Shown piece after piece: positions 34,627-45,725 of a stretch of DNA of 49,472 bases (its first letter is position 1; each line of letters opens with the position of its first letter). The translations under genes were made by a program, and so were the position numbers. The DNA lies in contig CAMBBZ010000002.1 in the NCBI GenBank assembly GCA_945863965.1, forward strand, positions 1 through 49,472, read 5' to 3'. The stretch is from Chitinophaga pinensis (lineage in GTDB: Bacteria; Bacteroidota; Bacteroidia; NS11-12g; UBA955). A model generated the notes under the pieces. It saw only the letters and a program-made list of their open reading frames with translations, searched no databases and had not been told where the DNA came from.

Positions 34627-36474
34627 TTACTTCCGGTTTGACCCCTTAGAGCGGCTTTGACTGGCTTTCATAGCCAATTCCATACGTTCTTGGAATTTCG
34701 TTTTGGTAACCGGTTTCTTCCTAGCATTGGCGATTTGGTCTAGAAGCTTTTTATCGTCGACCGTTTTACGAATAACAAATTGTTGACCAAAGGTGACCAT
34801 ATTACTTACGAAATAATACCAGGTTAATCCACTCGCATAATCATTTAAAACTCCTAAGAAAATAATCGGCATAAAGTATCCAATGTACTTCATTTGCCCG
34901 GTTACACCAGAAATCTGATTATTTAAATGGGTATAGATGAGCGTAGAAACAGTCATTAATAAGGTAAAGAAACTGACATGGTCGCCGTAAAACGGAATAC
35001 TGAAACCAAGTGAAGGTCCGTCGTATTGACTTAAATCGGTAGCCCATAAGAATGCTTTTTGACGGAGTTCAAAAGCCACTGGGAAAAACTGAAACATAGC
35101 AAAAAGTATGGGTAATTGTAACAACATGGGTACACAGCCACTAAGCGGACTGACCCCCGCTTTTTTGTACAAGGCCATATTTTCCTGTTGCGTTTTCTGC
35201 AAATCATTTCCGTGCTTTTCTTTGATTGCTTCGATTTCCGGCTTTAGAATTCGCATTTTAGCCGTAGAGATATACGATTTATACACCAAGGGCAACAGCA
35301 ATGTTTTGATGATGAGCGTGAGAATCATAATAAGAATACCGGTAGAACCGATAACTCCGTCGAGGGCTGAAAAAACCGGGATTACCACACCTCTATTTAC
35401 CCAACCAAAGATTCCCCAACCCAATGGGATAATGCGTTCTAGCTCGGAATTGGCGATACCTATATTGGTGCTTTCAAGGGTTTTATAGTGGTTCGGGCCG
35501 AAATAAAAGTGAAAATTCCCGTTGCGCTTTTCCTCTCCTTTGTATTCCATGAAGATACGCGCGCTCAAAGGCTTAATATCGGCAGAATCTGCCGTTGATC
35601 CTTTCATCTTCATTGCCAATTTTGCATCGGTGCTAATATCAGCATCGCTAGCAATTACGACAGAAAAATATTGTTGCTTAAAGGCTATCCATTTGAGAGG
35701 AGATTTTAAAAGTTCTTCGGCTTCTTCGGTGGTGGTTAAGGTAGTTGGCGTTTCGTCGGGCAGCTTGTATACGATAGCGGTTTGTTGTTCTTCCCACTTC
35801 ATGTCGCGTTCCTGCTTTTGTAAAGTGGCAGCCCAATCGAATCTGAAGTCCGAATTTCCTCGGCGCACAAAATCGCTCATCCCAACAACGTTTAAGGCGT
35901 AATTAACCACATAAGGGCGGTTGCTATAAAGGGTATATTTTTGCTCTACGTATTGATTTTCATTAACCGACAACCGAAAAGCAATCACCGTATCCGATTG
36001 TTCGGCAACTTCCCAAAGAAAATCTCGGCTATTAAGTTCTTGGCCTCTTTGATCGGTCCAAGTCCAAGCCATTTCATTTTTCCCTTCTATCAATAAATCA
36101 AGATCATCCTTGTTGGATCTTTTGAATTCATTGAGTTTTACAGAACTTATGCGCCCCCCTCTGGTATTAAACTGCAGGGAAAGGTGCTTATTTTTCATTA
36201 AAATCAAGGAATCCGTACCTGATTCAAAGGCGGCAAATTCTTGAGACTTTGTGATTTTCACACCAAGAGAATCGGTTTTTACGATTGGCACTTGCGCTTT
36301 GGCGCTGCCAACTGCTTGATTGACTGAGTCCTGAAAACGCTGATCTACCCGGGCGATACTATCGCGGAGGTTGTTGATACGCGCCTGCTCTTCGGGGGTC
36401 GGAGCAGTATACCAGTAATAACCGGCTAGAATGAGGAAAATCAGGGAGAACCCAATGACTGTATTACGATCCAT
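34627..36474 (-). CDS. yidC: Membrane protein insertase YidC (long, Bacteroidota type)
   Basis: N-terminal TM helix, large periplasmic domain, conserved C-terminal 5-TM core (…KMRILKPEIEAIKEK…SPLSGCVPMLLQLPILFAMF…) and a basic tail. I prefer the Met at 36474 (MDRNTVIGFSLIF). Confidence 0.9.
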   Translation of the reverse strand: MDRNTVIGFSLIFLILAGYYWYTAPTPEEQARINNLRDSIARVDQRFQDSVNQAVGSAKAQVPIVKTDSLGVKITKSQEFAAFESGTDSLILMKNKHLSLQFNTRGGRISSVKLNEFKRSNKDDLDLLIEGKNEMAWTWTDQRGQELNSRDFLWEVAEQSDTVIAFRLSVNENQYVEQKYTLYSNRPYVVNYALNVVGMSDFVRRGNSDFRFDWAATLQKQERDMKWEEQQTAIVYKLPDETPTTLTTTEEAEELLKSPLKWIAFKQQYFSVVIASDADISTDAKLAMKMKGSTADSADIKPLSARIFMEYKGEEKRNGNFHFYFGPNHYKTLESTNIGIANSELERIIPLGWGIFGWVNRGVVIPVFSALDGVIGSTGILIMILTLIIKTLLLPLVYKSYISTAKMRILKPEIEAIKEKHGNDLQKTQQENMALYKKAGVSPLSGCVPMLLQLPILFAMFQFFPVAFELRQKAFLWATDLSQYDGPSLGFSIPFYGDHVSFFTLLMTVSTLIYTHLNNQISGVTGQMKYIGYFMPIIFLGVLNDYASGLTWYYFVSNMVTFGQQFVIRKTVDDKKLLDQIANARKKPVTKTKFQERMELAMKASQSRSKGSNRK

Positions 36475-36544
36475 AATTGGCGGTGCAAAGGTACGATAAA
36501 GGCCGGATAACAAAAAGATGAAATTGTGGCTATGCAATCTATAA

Positions 36545-38086
<1,542 letters not shown>

Positions 38087-38096
38087 TACGTAAAAC

Positions 38097-38327
38097 ATGA
38101 AGGTTGAAATCTTAAGTCCAGACGCACACTTGTTTCAAGGTGAAGCAGAAATGGTAACCCTACCCGGCGTTGCAGGATCCTTTCAAATTAAGGAGAAACA
38201 CGCCGCGCTAATCAGTAGCCTCCAATCAGGCAATATCAGCGTGCATAACGGTTCCGAAGTTTTAAACTTTCCCATACAAGGTGGACTCATAGAAGTGATT
38301 CACAATAATGTTATCATCTTAGTTTAA
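38097..38327 (+). CDS. atpC: F1 ATP synthase epsilon subunit, beta-sandwich domain only (76 aa)
   Basis: Sits immediately after atpD. The N-terminal epsilon pattern is present (VEILSPD…F.GEAEMVTLPGVAGSFQI…H). The C-terminal helical hairpin is absent. Confidence 0.85.
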   Translation: MKVEILSPDAHLFQGEAEMVTLPGVAGSFQIKEKHAALISSLQSGNISVHNGSEVLNFPIQGGLIEVIHNNVIILV

Positions 38328-38346
38328 ACAAAACCTAATACCTTTC

Positions 38347-38383
38347 AAGAGCCCGCTTCCTAAAGAAGCGGGCTCTTTTGTTG
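38347..38383 (+). terminator. Rho-independent terminator after atpC
   Basis: Perfect 13-bp GC-rich stem: aagagcccgcttc (38347-38359) pairs with gaagcgggctctt (38365-38377). The loop is 5 nt and ttgttg follows. Confidence 0.75.
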
Positions 38384-38630
38384 ATTACCAATCTGTTGCA
38401 TTATCTCTACACAAACACGCCACTAAACTACCTAAATATTTGTTCAACGTTTATGACTAGTTGTGAAACAAAAATTTCATGATGAAAAACATCAAAACAA
38501 TTGATCTTCAATGAATTAAATGTAAAAACCTCCCAAAATGAAGAATAATGTTCACGTTTTGAAAGTAAATAACTAAACAAAATATGTTGTAATCTGCCAA
38601 AGCTGTCGCATATTTGTGTAAGGTATTGCT

Positions 38631-39170
38631 ATGAACGTTACACAAAACAACTTCGACAAAATGATGGAATTGGAAATAATTCCTTTGCGTAACTACGCAC
38701 TTTCTTTGACTCATGATATGGACGACACCAAGGATTTGGTACAAGATACCATTTTGAAGGCCTATCGGTACAAAGACCGGTTTCAAGCGGGAACCAATCT
38801 TCGCGGTTGGTTGTATACCATTTTGAAAAACTCGTTTATCAATAACTATCGGAGAGACCAAAAAAGGAATACATTTTTGGATACTACTGAGAATACCTAT
38901 TTCCTCGATATTCCAAGTCATCATATCGATAACGATGCGGAATTAAAATTCATACGCAAAGACTTGAATGAAGCGGTTGAAGCTTTACCCCTAGATCTAA
39001 AAGTAACCTTTCGCTTAAACGCCGAAGGATATAAGTATCACGAAATTGCCGAAGAGTTGGGCATTCCAATCGGTACCGTTAAAACGAGAATCTTTATCGC
39101 CCGTCGTATTCTGCGCGAAAAACTTAAAGACTACGCTCTAGAATTTGGTTACCAATTGCAACAAGCGTAA
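38631..39170 (+). CDS. ECF-type RNA polymerase sigma-70 family factor
   Basis: Region 2 (DLVQDTILKAYRYKDRFQAGTNLRGWLYTILKNSFINNYRR) and region 4 HTH (YKYHEIAEELGIPIGTVKTRIFIARRIL). Confidence 0.85.
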   Translation: MNVTQNNFDKMMELEIIPLRNYALSLTHDMDDTKDLVQDTILKAYRYKDRFQAGTNLRGWLYTILKNSFINNYRRDQKRNTFLDTTENTYFLDIPSHHIDNDAELKFIRKDLNEAVEALPLDLKVTFRLNAEGYKYHEIAEELGIPIGTVKTRIFIARRILREKLKDYALEFGYQLQQA

Positions 39171-39178
39171 ATTGCCGC

Positions 39179-39880
39179 ATGCCCGACGCGTACATGTATC
39201 TGCTCCTAGATGCGTTTACTATTATTGGACCTCTTGCCCTTTCGTTCGATAAAAAAGTAGCCTATTACAAGGATTGGAAATACCTATTCCCCTCACTCCT
39301 ACTCGTATCATTTTTTTACCTTTTGTGGGATGTTTGGTTCACCCGCACCGGCGTTTGGGAATTCAACTTCCAATATTTACTTGGTCTCACCCTCTTCCAA
39401 TTACCCCTCGAGGAATACGCGTTTTTCTTTGTTGTGCCGTTTTCCTGTGTCTTTATTTACCGCTGCCTTCAAGCATACTTCCCAAAGATAAATTTACCGA
39501 TACAAGTGCTGTACTATGGAATGTTGGGAATTTCTGTGGTTCTTACCCTTGTCTTTTGGGGGAAATTGTACACGACCGTTACCTTTGGATTAATAAGCGT
39601 TAGTATGATTGTCTTGCGTTTTTCTTCACTTTGGGAAACCCTAAGTTCCTATTTCAATCATTTATGGTTGGCTTGGGCCGTAAGTATGATACCCATGATT
39701 TATGTGAACGGAAAACTAACAGGATTGCCCGTACTTATTTACAATAATGCCGAAAACATGTTTGTACGTATTGGTACGATACCATTTGAAGACTTCTTTT
39801 ACAATTTTTTGTATATTCTGTGGGTTGTGATTTTGTTTGAATATCGCAAAGCAAAAGTAGGCAACACTTTACCCAATTGA
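39179..39880 (+). CDS. Lycopene cyclase domain protein (fused CrtYc/CrtYd type)
   Basis: Polytopic membrane protein with two copies of the PxE(E/D) motif context (QLPLEEYAFFFVVPF and TIPFEDFFYNFLYI). Confidence 0.65.
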   Translation: MPDAYMYLLLDAFTIIGPLALSFDKKVAYYKDWKYLFPSLLLVSFFYLLWDVWFTRTGVWEFNFQYLLGLTLFQLPLEEYAFFFVVPFSCVFIYRCLQAYFPKINLPIQVLYYGMLGISVVLTLVFWGKLYTTVTFGLISVSMIVLRFSSLWETLSSYFNHLWLAWAVSMIPMIYVNGKLTGLPVLIYNNAENMFVRIGTIPFEDFFYNFLYILWVVILFEYRKAKVGNTLPN

Positions 39881-40096
39881 AGATCACGTAACCTTCCAAA
39901 CGGGTGTAAAGCCCTCATAAATGAATCCTAATCTACCTGGGTTTAATTAATCATAATTGCCTCAATGTAAGGAAATTATAATCAAGTGCGTTGGCCAAAT
40001 TTAAGGCATATTGAAATCAGTGACCGCTGTTATCCCTTCCAAAATCAATTTAATCTAACCTCTAATTCATCTAAGACCAATTAATTTTAGAATCTA

Positions 40097-41080
40097 TTAC
40101 TTCCAGATTTCTGGATCTTTACTAGAGGCTTCTTTCGCTTTTTTCCGTTGCGATCTTGTAAGGGGCACCGGAACGTACTTCTCAGGATATTTTTTCAAAT
40201 CAAGTAAAATACGAGTCAGCTCTTCACTGGTTTCAACAACCGATTCGTGCAAAGAATCCGAGACAACCAATTTACCCAAACTTCCCTTACCTTGATTGAT
40301 ACCTTCAATCAACGTTTCTGTTTTCCCCAAAATACCATTGAGTTGTGTCATTGTTTCAGCAATATTTACCGTGTCCAAACCCGAAGTCGCCAAATTAATC
40401 CGTTTAAGGGTTTTACTGATATCCTGATGATAGGTATTCAAATTTTCCGTAAACCGCGCCACATTACCAGTAGATTGCACAATAGACGCTTCGTTGGAAA
40501 CGATAAGCTGCTGAACGCTCGATAATAACTCTTGTATGCGCACAATTGCGATGGGCAATTCGTTGAGCGCACGGTTAAGCCCTTTGTTTTGAAAAAAGCC
40601 ATTCATAGAGCCTAACAAAGAATCGGCTTTCGAAGCCAGAGGAACAATCTGTTCGTTTATCGCTGAAAACTGATCGTGAGCATAATCACCAATTAGGGTG
40701 TCTCCATCTCGAATAAAATCAGTTTGATTACCCATGACCAATCGTACTCGTTGTCCTCCAAGTATCTGACTTTGAATTTCCATTTTTGAGTCCTTGGGGA
40801 TATTCAAAGAAGATTTAATCTCAAAAATTGCCTGGATACGTTTTCCGTCGGCCGTAATGTCTAAATCCGACAATTGACCAATACGCAATCCATTGAACAT
40901 AACGGAGGTACCTATACCCAATCCCTGCGCACTGTCGTAAAATACATATACATCGGTGCCAGCTTTGAATGGATTGTCCTTGCCACGCATAAAATTATAC
41001 CCTAAGATAAGTACCGTTATCGCCATAGAGGTAAGGGCACCCACCTGAAATTCTTTGGAAAGACCTCTAAAAATGGACAT
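40097..41080 (-). CDS. MlaD/MCE-domain protein
   Basis: N-terminal TM helix (FQVGALTSMAITVLILGY), an MCE beta-barrel region (VMFNGLRIGQLSDLDI…) and a long helical C-terminus. I prefer the Met at 41080, because the ORF-track extension runs through the upstream terminator. Confidence 0.8.
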   Translation of the reverse strand: MSIFRGLSKEFQVGALTSMAITVLILGYNFMRGKDNPFKAGTDVYVFYDSAQGLGIGTSVMFNGLRIGQLSDLDITADGKRIQAIFEIKSSLNIPKDSKMEIQSQILGGQRVRLVMGNQTDFIRDGDTLIGDYAHDQFSAINEQIVPLASKADSLLGSMNGFFQNKGLNRALNELPIAIVRIQELLSSVQQLIVSNEASIVQSTGNVARFTENLNTYHQDISKTLKRINLATSGLDTVNIAETMTQLNGILGKTETLIEGINQGKGSLGKLVVSDSLHESVVETSEELTRILLDLKKYPEKYVPVPLTRSQRKKAKEASSKDPEIWK

Positions 41081-41130
41081 AATACAAAAATACGAATTAA
41101 AAATAAAGTATTTGTGAACTGAACATATAT

Positions 41131-41166
41131 AAAACAAAAAGTCCCGGCGCAAGCGCCGGGACTTTT
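41131..41166 (-). terminator. Rho-independent terminator downstream of the T9SS cargo gene
   Basis: GC-rich stem: gtcccggcg (41141-41149) pairs with cgccgggac (41154-41162). It is flanked by an A-run and a T-run, and on the minus strand ttttt follows the hairpin. Confidence 0.65.
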
Positions 41167-41187
41167 ATATGAAAATCAACTTAACTG

Positions 41188-44100
41188 TTAGTCTTTAACA
41201 ATTACTTTCTTAACTGTTGTTTGACCTTTATTGGTCATGCGTACCAAGTACATTCCGTTTCCAAAGTCACCCAAATTGAATTGAGTTTCTCCGAATCCGC
41301 CACCTACAACACGTTCGGTCATTACAGCGCCTACAGCGTTCATTACCGTGATATTCATAGGTTCGTTGTTGTTCAAGGCGTAAGCTACTGTTATCGCTCC
41401 CGTTGTAGGGTTAGGATTAACACTTACTGCATCTGACAAGTTCAAGTTTTCGTTGTTCAAGAACGTATTCATACAATTTGGAGGATACTGCACGTAAACG
41501 GTACGTGAGATAATTCCAGATTTGTTTCCACTTCCATCGATTGCTTGGTATTCTATAGAATAGATACCGGCCATATAGATGTTGATGTTATGACTGATAA
41601 CGTTTACTTTGATAGCTGTTTTAGAATAGTAGTTATCCGAAAGGATTAATCCACTTTCTGACCAGAAAGGTATTCCGATACAAGCAGCCACTGGAGGTGC
41701 TACCAATTGTGGAGACTCTATGTCTACCACGCGGATGTAACGATTCTTAGTTGTTTTGTTTCCACTTGCATCTGTAGCGATGAAAGTTTCTACATACGTT
41801 CCTAATGTGTAAGGATCTACTTTTCCTGTGCGCACTAAAGATACTTGCGAAGGTGCATAGTAGTTATCCGTTACCGTTACAGAACGTGAAGAATAAGGAT
41901 CGTTCACATTGTGCATTACCGTATCGTTGGTGTTCAACTCAATATTAGGAGCAATAAAGTCATCTACTACGTAGTTGATTACGAAACCGTCTTCTACTGC
42001 TTTGTTTCCAGATGGATCCGCTGCATTATAAACGATTGGGTATGTTGCACGCTCTTGATTGTTTACCACGCCGTTGTAACCTGCATTACGGAACAATGTA
42101 ATGTTACCATTGCAAGGATCTTGCGCATAGATATCGTCTACAAATGCTTGGTTAATTTGTACGTTGATGTTCATACCGTTGCTGATACGATTTCCCAAAC
42201 GATAAATACCTGGCTTTTCTGTGTCGCGAACCATTACAAAACGCTTTACTACGGTTTCATTTCCTTGTGCATCTTTTGCACGGTATACTAGGTTATAGTT
42301 TCCTACTATTGAAGCATCTACTGTACCTTCTACTTTTATTGCTGAAGTCAAGTCACCATCTACGGCGTCGTTAGCTACGGCTCCTGGATCGGTGAATGTA
42401 CCACACTGTTCAATCTTCATTGTATCAGAACCTTGTAAGGTTACTACCGGACCGGTACGGTCAAGTACTACAATAATTGTACGACTTCTAGTTTCTGCTT
42501 TGTTACCAGAGGCATCTTCAAGATCAAAATTGATGCTGTAAATACCCGCTGCTTGACAATCTAAATCGCTAGTTAGTACCACTTTGCTTGACAAATCACC
42601 TTCGGTAATATCAGACGCGGTGTAAGTAGTAGAAGCAACTTCTTGGTAGCAAGACTTAGCAGAAGCACCACGTTCTACACGTACTGTATCAGATCCAATT
42701 AAATTAATTACGGGCTTCAAGCCATCGTTAACCAATTTGATTGCATAATCTTCGTACTCTCCCACTTGGTTCACACCACATGAAAGGTTCGGGAATCCAT
42801 CATAAGATGCACCGATACGCATACGGGTAGTTCCTTCGAAAGACTCTTTCAAAGATGGAACTTTGATTGTTCCCGCAACTGTAGTTCCAGAAATTTTACC
42901 AGAGCTCATTACTTCCTCACCTGCATCGTCAAAGTCACCGTCGATATTCCAATCAATCCATACTTTGTAGTTAATGCTGTTCGCAGAAGTCAAACGTTTG
43001 ATTTCTACATCATAAGTAGCACCATACGTCATTTCAGCCGCTCTTTTGTCTGTACGATCTGTGTACATTTGGTTGTCCTCGTCTGAAGACTGAATTAAAA
43101 TATACTTGTTCTGATCTGTTACCATTACACTATTGATGGCAATATCTTTTGCAATCAAGTTGGTCAAAGGTGTACAGTAGTTCAAACAGATTACATATTT
43201 GTTCTTGATTACTTTTTTATCTGTGTTCGCTTTTGTACCAAAGGTATTCCAAGCGCTCAAGGTAAATGTGTAAGCACCACCGGCCAAAAATTCGATTTGT
43301 GGGTTTTGGCTGTTTTTAGTAGTTCCGTTTACAAACTTGAAAGAGGTCGGGAATATAGACCAATCGTAATTATTGGCATAATCCGTTACCGTTTGGAAGC
43401 GCACCACATTACCAATGTTAGGACGTACGTTATCAGCTTTAAAGTCTACGAAACCAGGAGTAGATGGAGTAATAATTCTGATTGTGCGAGACGCACTATC
43501 AAGACCAGTACATGTCTTAGCCAATAAAGTTACGCGATAGTTACCGTTAGTAAATAAGGTGGTTGAGAAGTCTTTGCTGAATCCTGTAGGACTTCCATCT
43601 ATACGCCATTCGTACTCAGGATCTCCTTTTGCATTAGAAGTAGTATTGGTACAGAAAAATTCTGCACCTACACCCATAGTCGTGTAAGGAGTAGTCCAAG
43701 AAGCTTTTGGAGGTGTTGGAGTTTCTAAATCAGATTCCCATTCGATTGCAAAACCACGACTTACGTCAGCACCATTGGTTTCGAAAGTCAAATAAGCCAC
43801 ACCATTCTTCAATCTTATAACAGTTGAATCCCATTTCACTTGATTGCTTTTATTAATAGTCGCAACTAAGTTATTTGGATTTTCTTCGCCTCCATCATAA
43901 ATACGCAAGATGTCTTTATCGTCGGCCAAGTTCAAATCGTTAAACTTTAAACGGATTTCTTTTGCTCCACAAGGTAGAATCTTGAAATAATCGATTGATA
44001 CTTTACGGTTGTTACCGTAGTTTCCAGATGGACCTCCGTGATCAAAAAGTCTACCGATACGCGTAGATGCTAATTTTTGGGGACCCATGTAATTATCTAG

Positions 44101-45237
44101 GGTAGGTAAACACTCAATGTATTTCTTCTTGCAATTTTTGGTTGAAAAACCTATTGCATTTTCTGAAGTCAAACATACTTCATACCAACCGTCTTCAAAA
44201 AAGTCGAACGTTGGGTTTTGATCTTTTGAAGTTTGATCACCAGCACCAGTTGGGGAAATCAATTCCCAATCCCAAGCGCGGGGTCCATTGGTACTTAAGT
44301 CAAATATTTTAGTTTGGTAACCCACTTCCACTTCATTGCTCTCAGCAATAAAGTCAGCTACGGGAACCGCAGTTGGCATTATAATACGAACTGATTTGGT
44401 ATTAGAATCTGCGATACCGCAGTAATCCACTTTCATTGATATGTTGTACGTGCCGGCCGCATTCCATTTCGCCTCTCCTACTGTAGTATTGTCAGATCTT
44501 ACAGCGTCTGCTTTGTCAAATTTCCATTTATAGGTAGCCCCTAAATTTGGATTTTTTGCAGGGAATTTATGGAAAGTTTCCTGCCAAGTATTGGTAGTAG
44601 GAACCACAAAATCAGCCACAGGAGCAGGTCCTAACTTATAGTTCACCGCAAAATCGATTACGTTACCATAGTTATTCACGTTACCACAACCGTTATTGTT
44701 AGTTGGTCTCGTTCCCAAGAAACTACCCCCACGAACACGCATAAAAGAAGAACCTGCTTTGGTAAAGCATGGTACTTTTACTTTAAACGATTGCATGGTT
44801 GTATTTACGGAATTAGCACCTGGATTGATTACGCACTCATCTTTCTCGAACTGTAGGTTCTGACTTACGTCTAACCAAGCGCCCACATACGTGTCGTAAC
44901 CCGCAATAGCCGTCCAAGAAGTTCCAGTGATTTCGATGGTAATTTCCTCACCTGCAGTTAAATCGAACGCGCTACCGGTATTTTGAACACCACGATACGT
45001 GCCCCCAGAGTTGGTGACCGTACAACCCAAACCGCTGTAGGAAGCTAAAACGGTACCTGCCTTGTTAATTACCTTTACATCGGTGACATCACCTCCGTAA
45101 CCATAAGCCCCCCCACACGCATAGGCGTTGGTTCCTGTGCACGGGGTTTGTGCTTCTAATCGGCCGGACTGGAATAAACCCCAGACCATGGCGCCGAAAA
45201 TCAGCACTCTTTTAAACATTGTAGTTGTTGATTTCAT
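41188..45237 (-). CDS. Large (1349 aa) T9SS-secreted multidomain surface protein: GEVED-like, PKD, CUB-like, DUF5011/HYR-type Ig repeats and a T9SS C-terminal sorting domain
   Basis: Signal peptide. PKD-like modules (ADFVVP…, ADFIAES…). A CUB-like segment (…KEIRLKFNDLNLADDKDILRIYDGG). GEVED motif (GEYEDYAIKL). Repeated PVxxLxGsD…DPGAxAxDxxDGDL units. The C-terminal ~80 aa (NPNPTTGAITVAY…GMYLVRMTNKGQTTVKKVIVKD) are typical of a type A T9SS CTD. Confidence 0.88.
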   Translation of the reverse strand: MKSTTTMFKRVLIFGAMVWGLFQSGRLEAQTPCTGTNAYACGGAYGYGGDVTDVKVINKAGTVLASYSGLGCTVTNSGGTYRGVQNTGSAFDLTAGEEITIEITGTSWTAIAGYDTYVGAWLDVSQNLQFEKDECVINPGANSVNTTMQSFKVKVPCFTKAGSSFMRVRGGSFLGTRPTNNNGCGNVNNYGNVIDFAVNYKLGPAPVADFVVPTTNTWQETFHKFPAKNPNLGATYKWKFDKADAVRSDNTTVGEAKWNAAGTYNISMKVDYCGIADSNTKSVRIIMPTAVPVADFIAESNEVEVGYQTKIFDLSTNGPRAWDWELISPTGAGDQTSKDQNPTFDFFEDGWYEVCLTSENAIGFSTKNCKKKYIECLPTLDNYMGPQKLASTRIGRLFDHGGPSGNYGNNRKVSIDYFKILPCGAKEIRLKFNDLNLADDKDILRIYDGGEENPNNLVATINKSNQVKWDSTVIRLKNGVAYLTFETNGADVSRGFAIEWESDLETPTPPKASWTTPYTTMGVGAEFFCTNTTSNAKGDPEYEWRIDGSPTGFSKDFSTTLFTNGNYRVTLLAKTCTGLDSASRTIRIITPSTPGFVDFKADNVRPNIGNVVRFQTVTDYANNYDWSIFPTSFKFVNGTTKNSQNPQIEFLAGGAYTFTLSAWNTFGTKANTDKKVIKNKYVICLNYCTPLTNLIAKDIAINSVMVTDQNKYILIQSSDEDNQMYTDRTDKRAAEMTYGATYDVEIKRLTSANSINYKVWIDWNIDGDFDDAGEEVMSSGKISGTTVAGTIKVPSLKESFEGTTRMRIGASYDGFPNLSCGVNQVGEYEDYAIKLVNDGLKPVINLIGSDTVRVERGASAKSCYQEVASTTYTASDITEGDLSSKVVLTSDLDCQAAGIYSINFDLEDASGNKAETRSRTIIVVLDRTGPVVTLQGSDTMKIEQCGTFTDPGAVANDAVDGDLTSAIKVEGTVDASIVGNYNLVYRAKDAQGNETVVKRFVMVRDTEKPGIYRLGNRISNGMNINVQINQAFVDDIYAQDPCNGNITLFRNAGYNGVVNNQERATYPIVYNAADPSGNKAVEDGFVINYVVDDFIAPNIELNTNDTVMHNVNDPYSSRSVTVTDNYYAPSQVSLVRTGKVDPYTLGTYVETFIATDASGNKTTKNRYIRVVDIESPQLVAPPVAACIGIPFWSESGLILSDNYYSKTAIKVNVISHNINIYMAGIYSIEYQAIDGSGNKSGIISRTVYVQYPPNCMNTFLNNENLNLSDAVSVNPNPTTGAITVAYALNNNEPMNITVMNAVGAVMTERVVGGGFGETQFNLGDFGNGMYLVRMTNKGQTTVKKVIVKD

Positions 45238-45725
45238 AAATATTTATTGTTGTTAAGTTGTTATCAAGACGCAAGAAACAAAAAAGGTTGCATTATTTCC
45301 TAATTTTCTAAAAAAAATTACAATAGAACATCTGTACGATTGACTCAAAAACCACACAAATACCCATTAACTAAATATTTAATCAACTGATTATATGTAA
45401 CTTATCCTTGGATTCACTTGTGCAAATTAATTTTGCTGTTTCGAATTTTAACTTACCCCTGCCGATTAACCACCCAAAACAATCGTCTAAAGCGCCCATT
45501 TAGCAAAAACAAAAACACCTACAGCAGAGCAACTGGTATCAGCACATTACTATTATGTGATGTTAAACTTAACAAAAGAAAGCTTTTGTTTGATGAGGCA
45601 ATTGCCATCACAATCCCCGTAAACGCTAAAGGAATTTATGATTTTATGCTAAAAAAAATCACTCTAACAGGTATTTTCACAATTTACTATCACGATTATT
45701 CATTCTCAAATCGAAGCAACTCGCA

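Noticed and set aside
41081-41152. N-terminal extension of the MlaD/MCE ORF
   Set aside because: The extension runs into the strong terminator hairpin of the upstream gene. The Met at 41080 directly precedes the expected TM helix.
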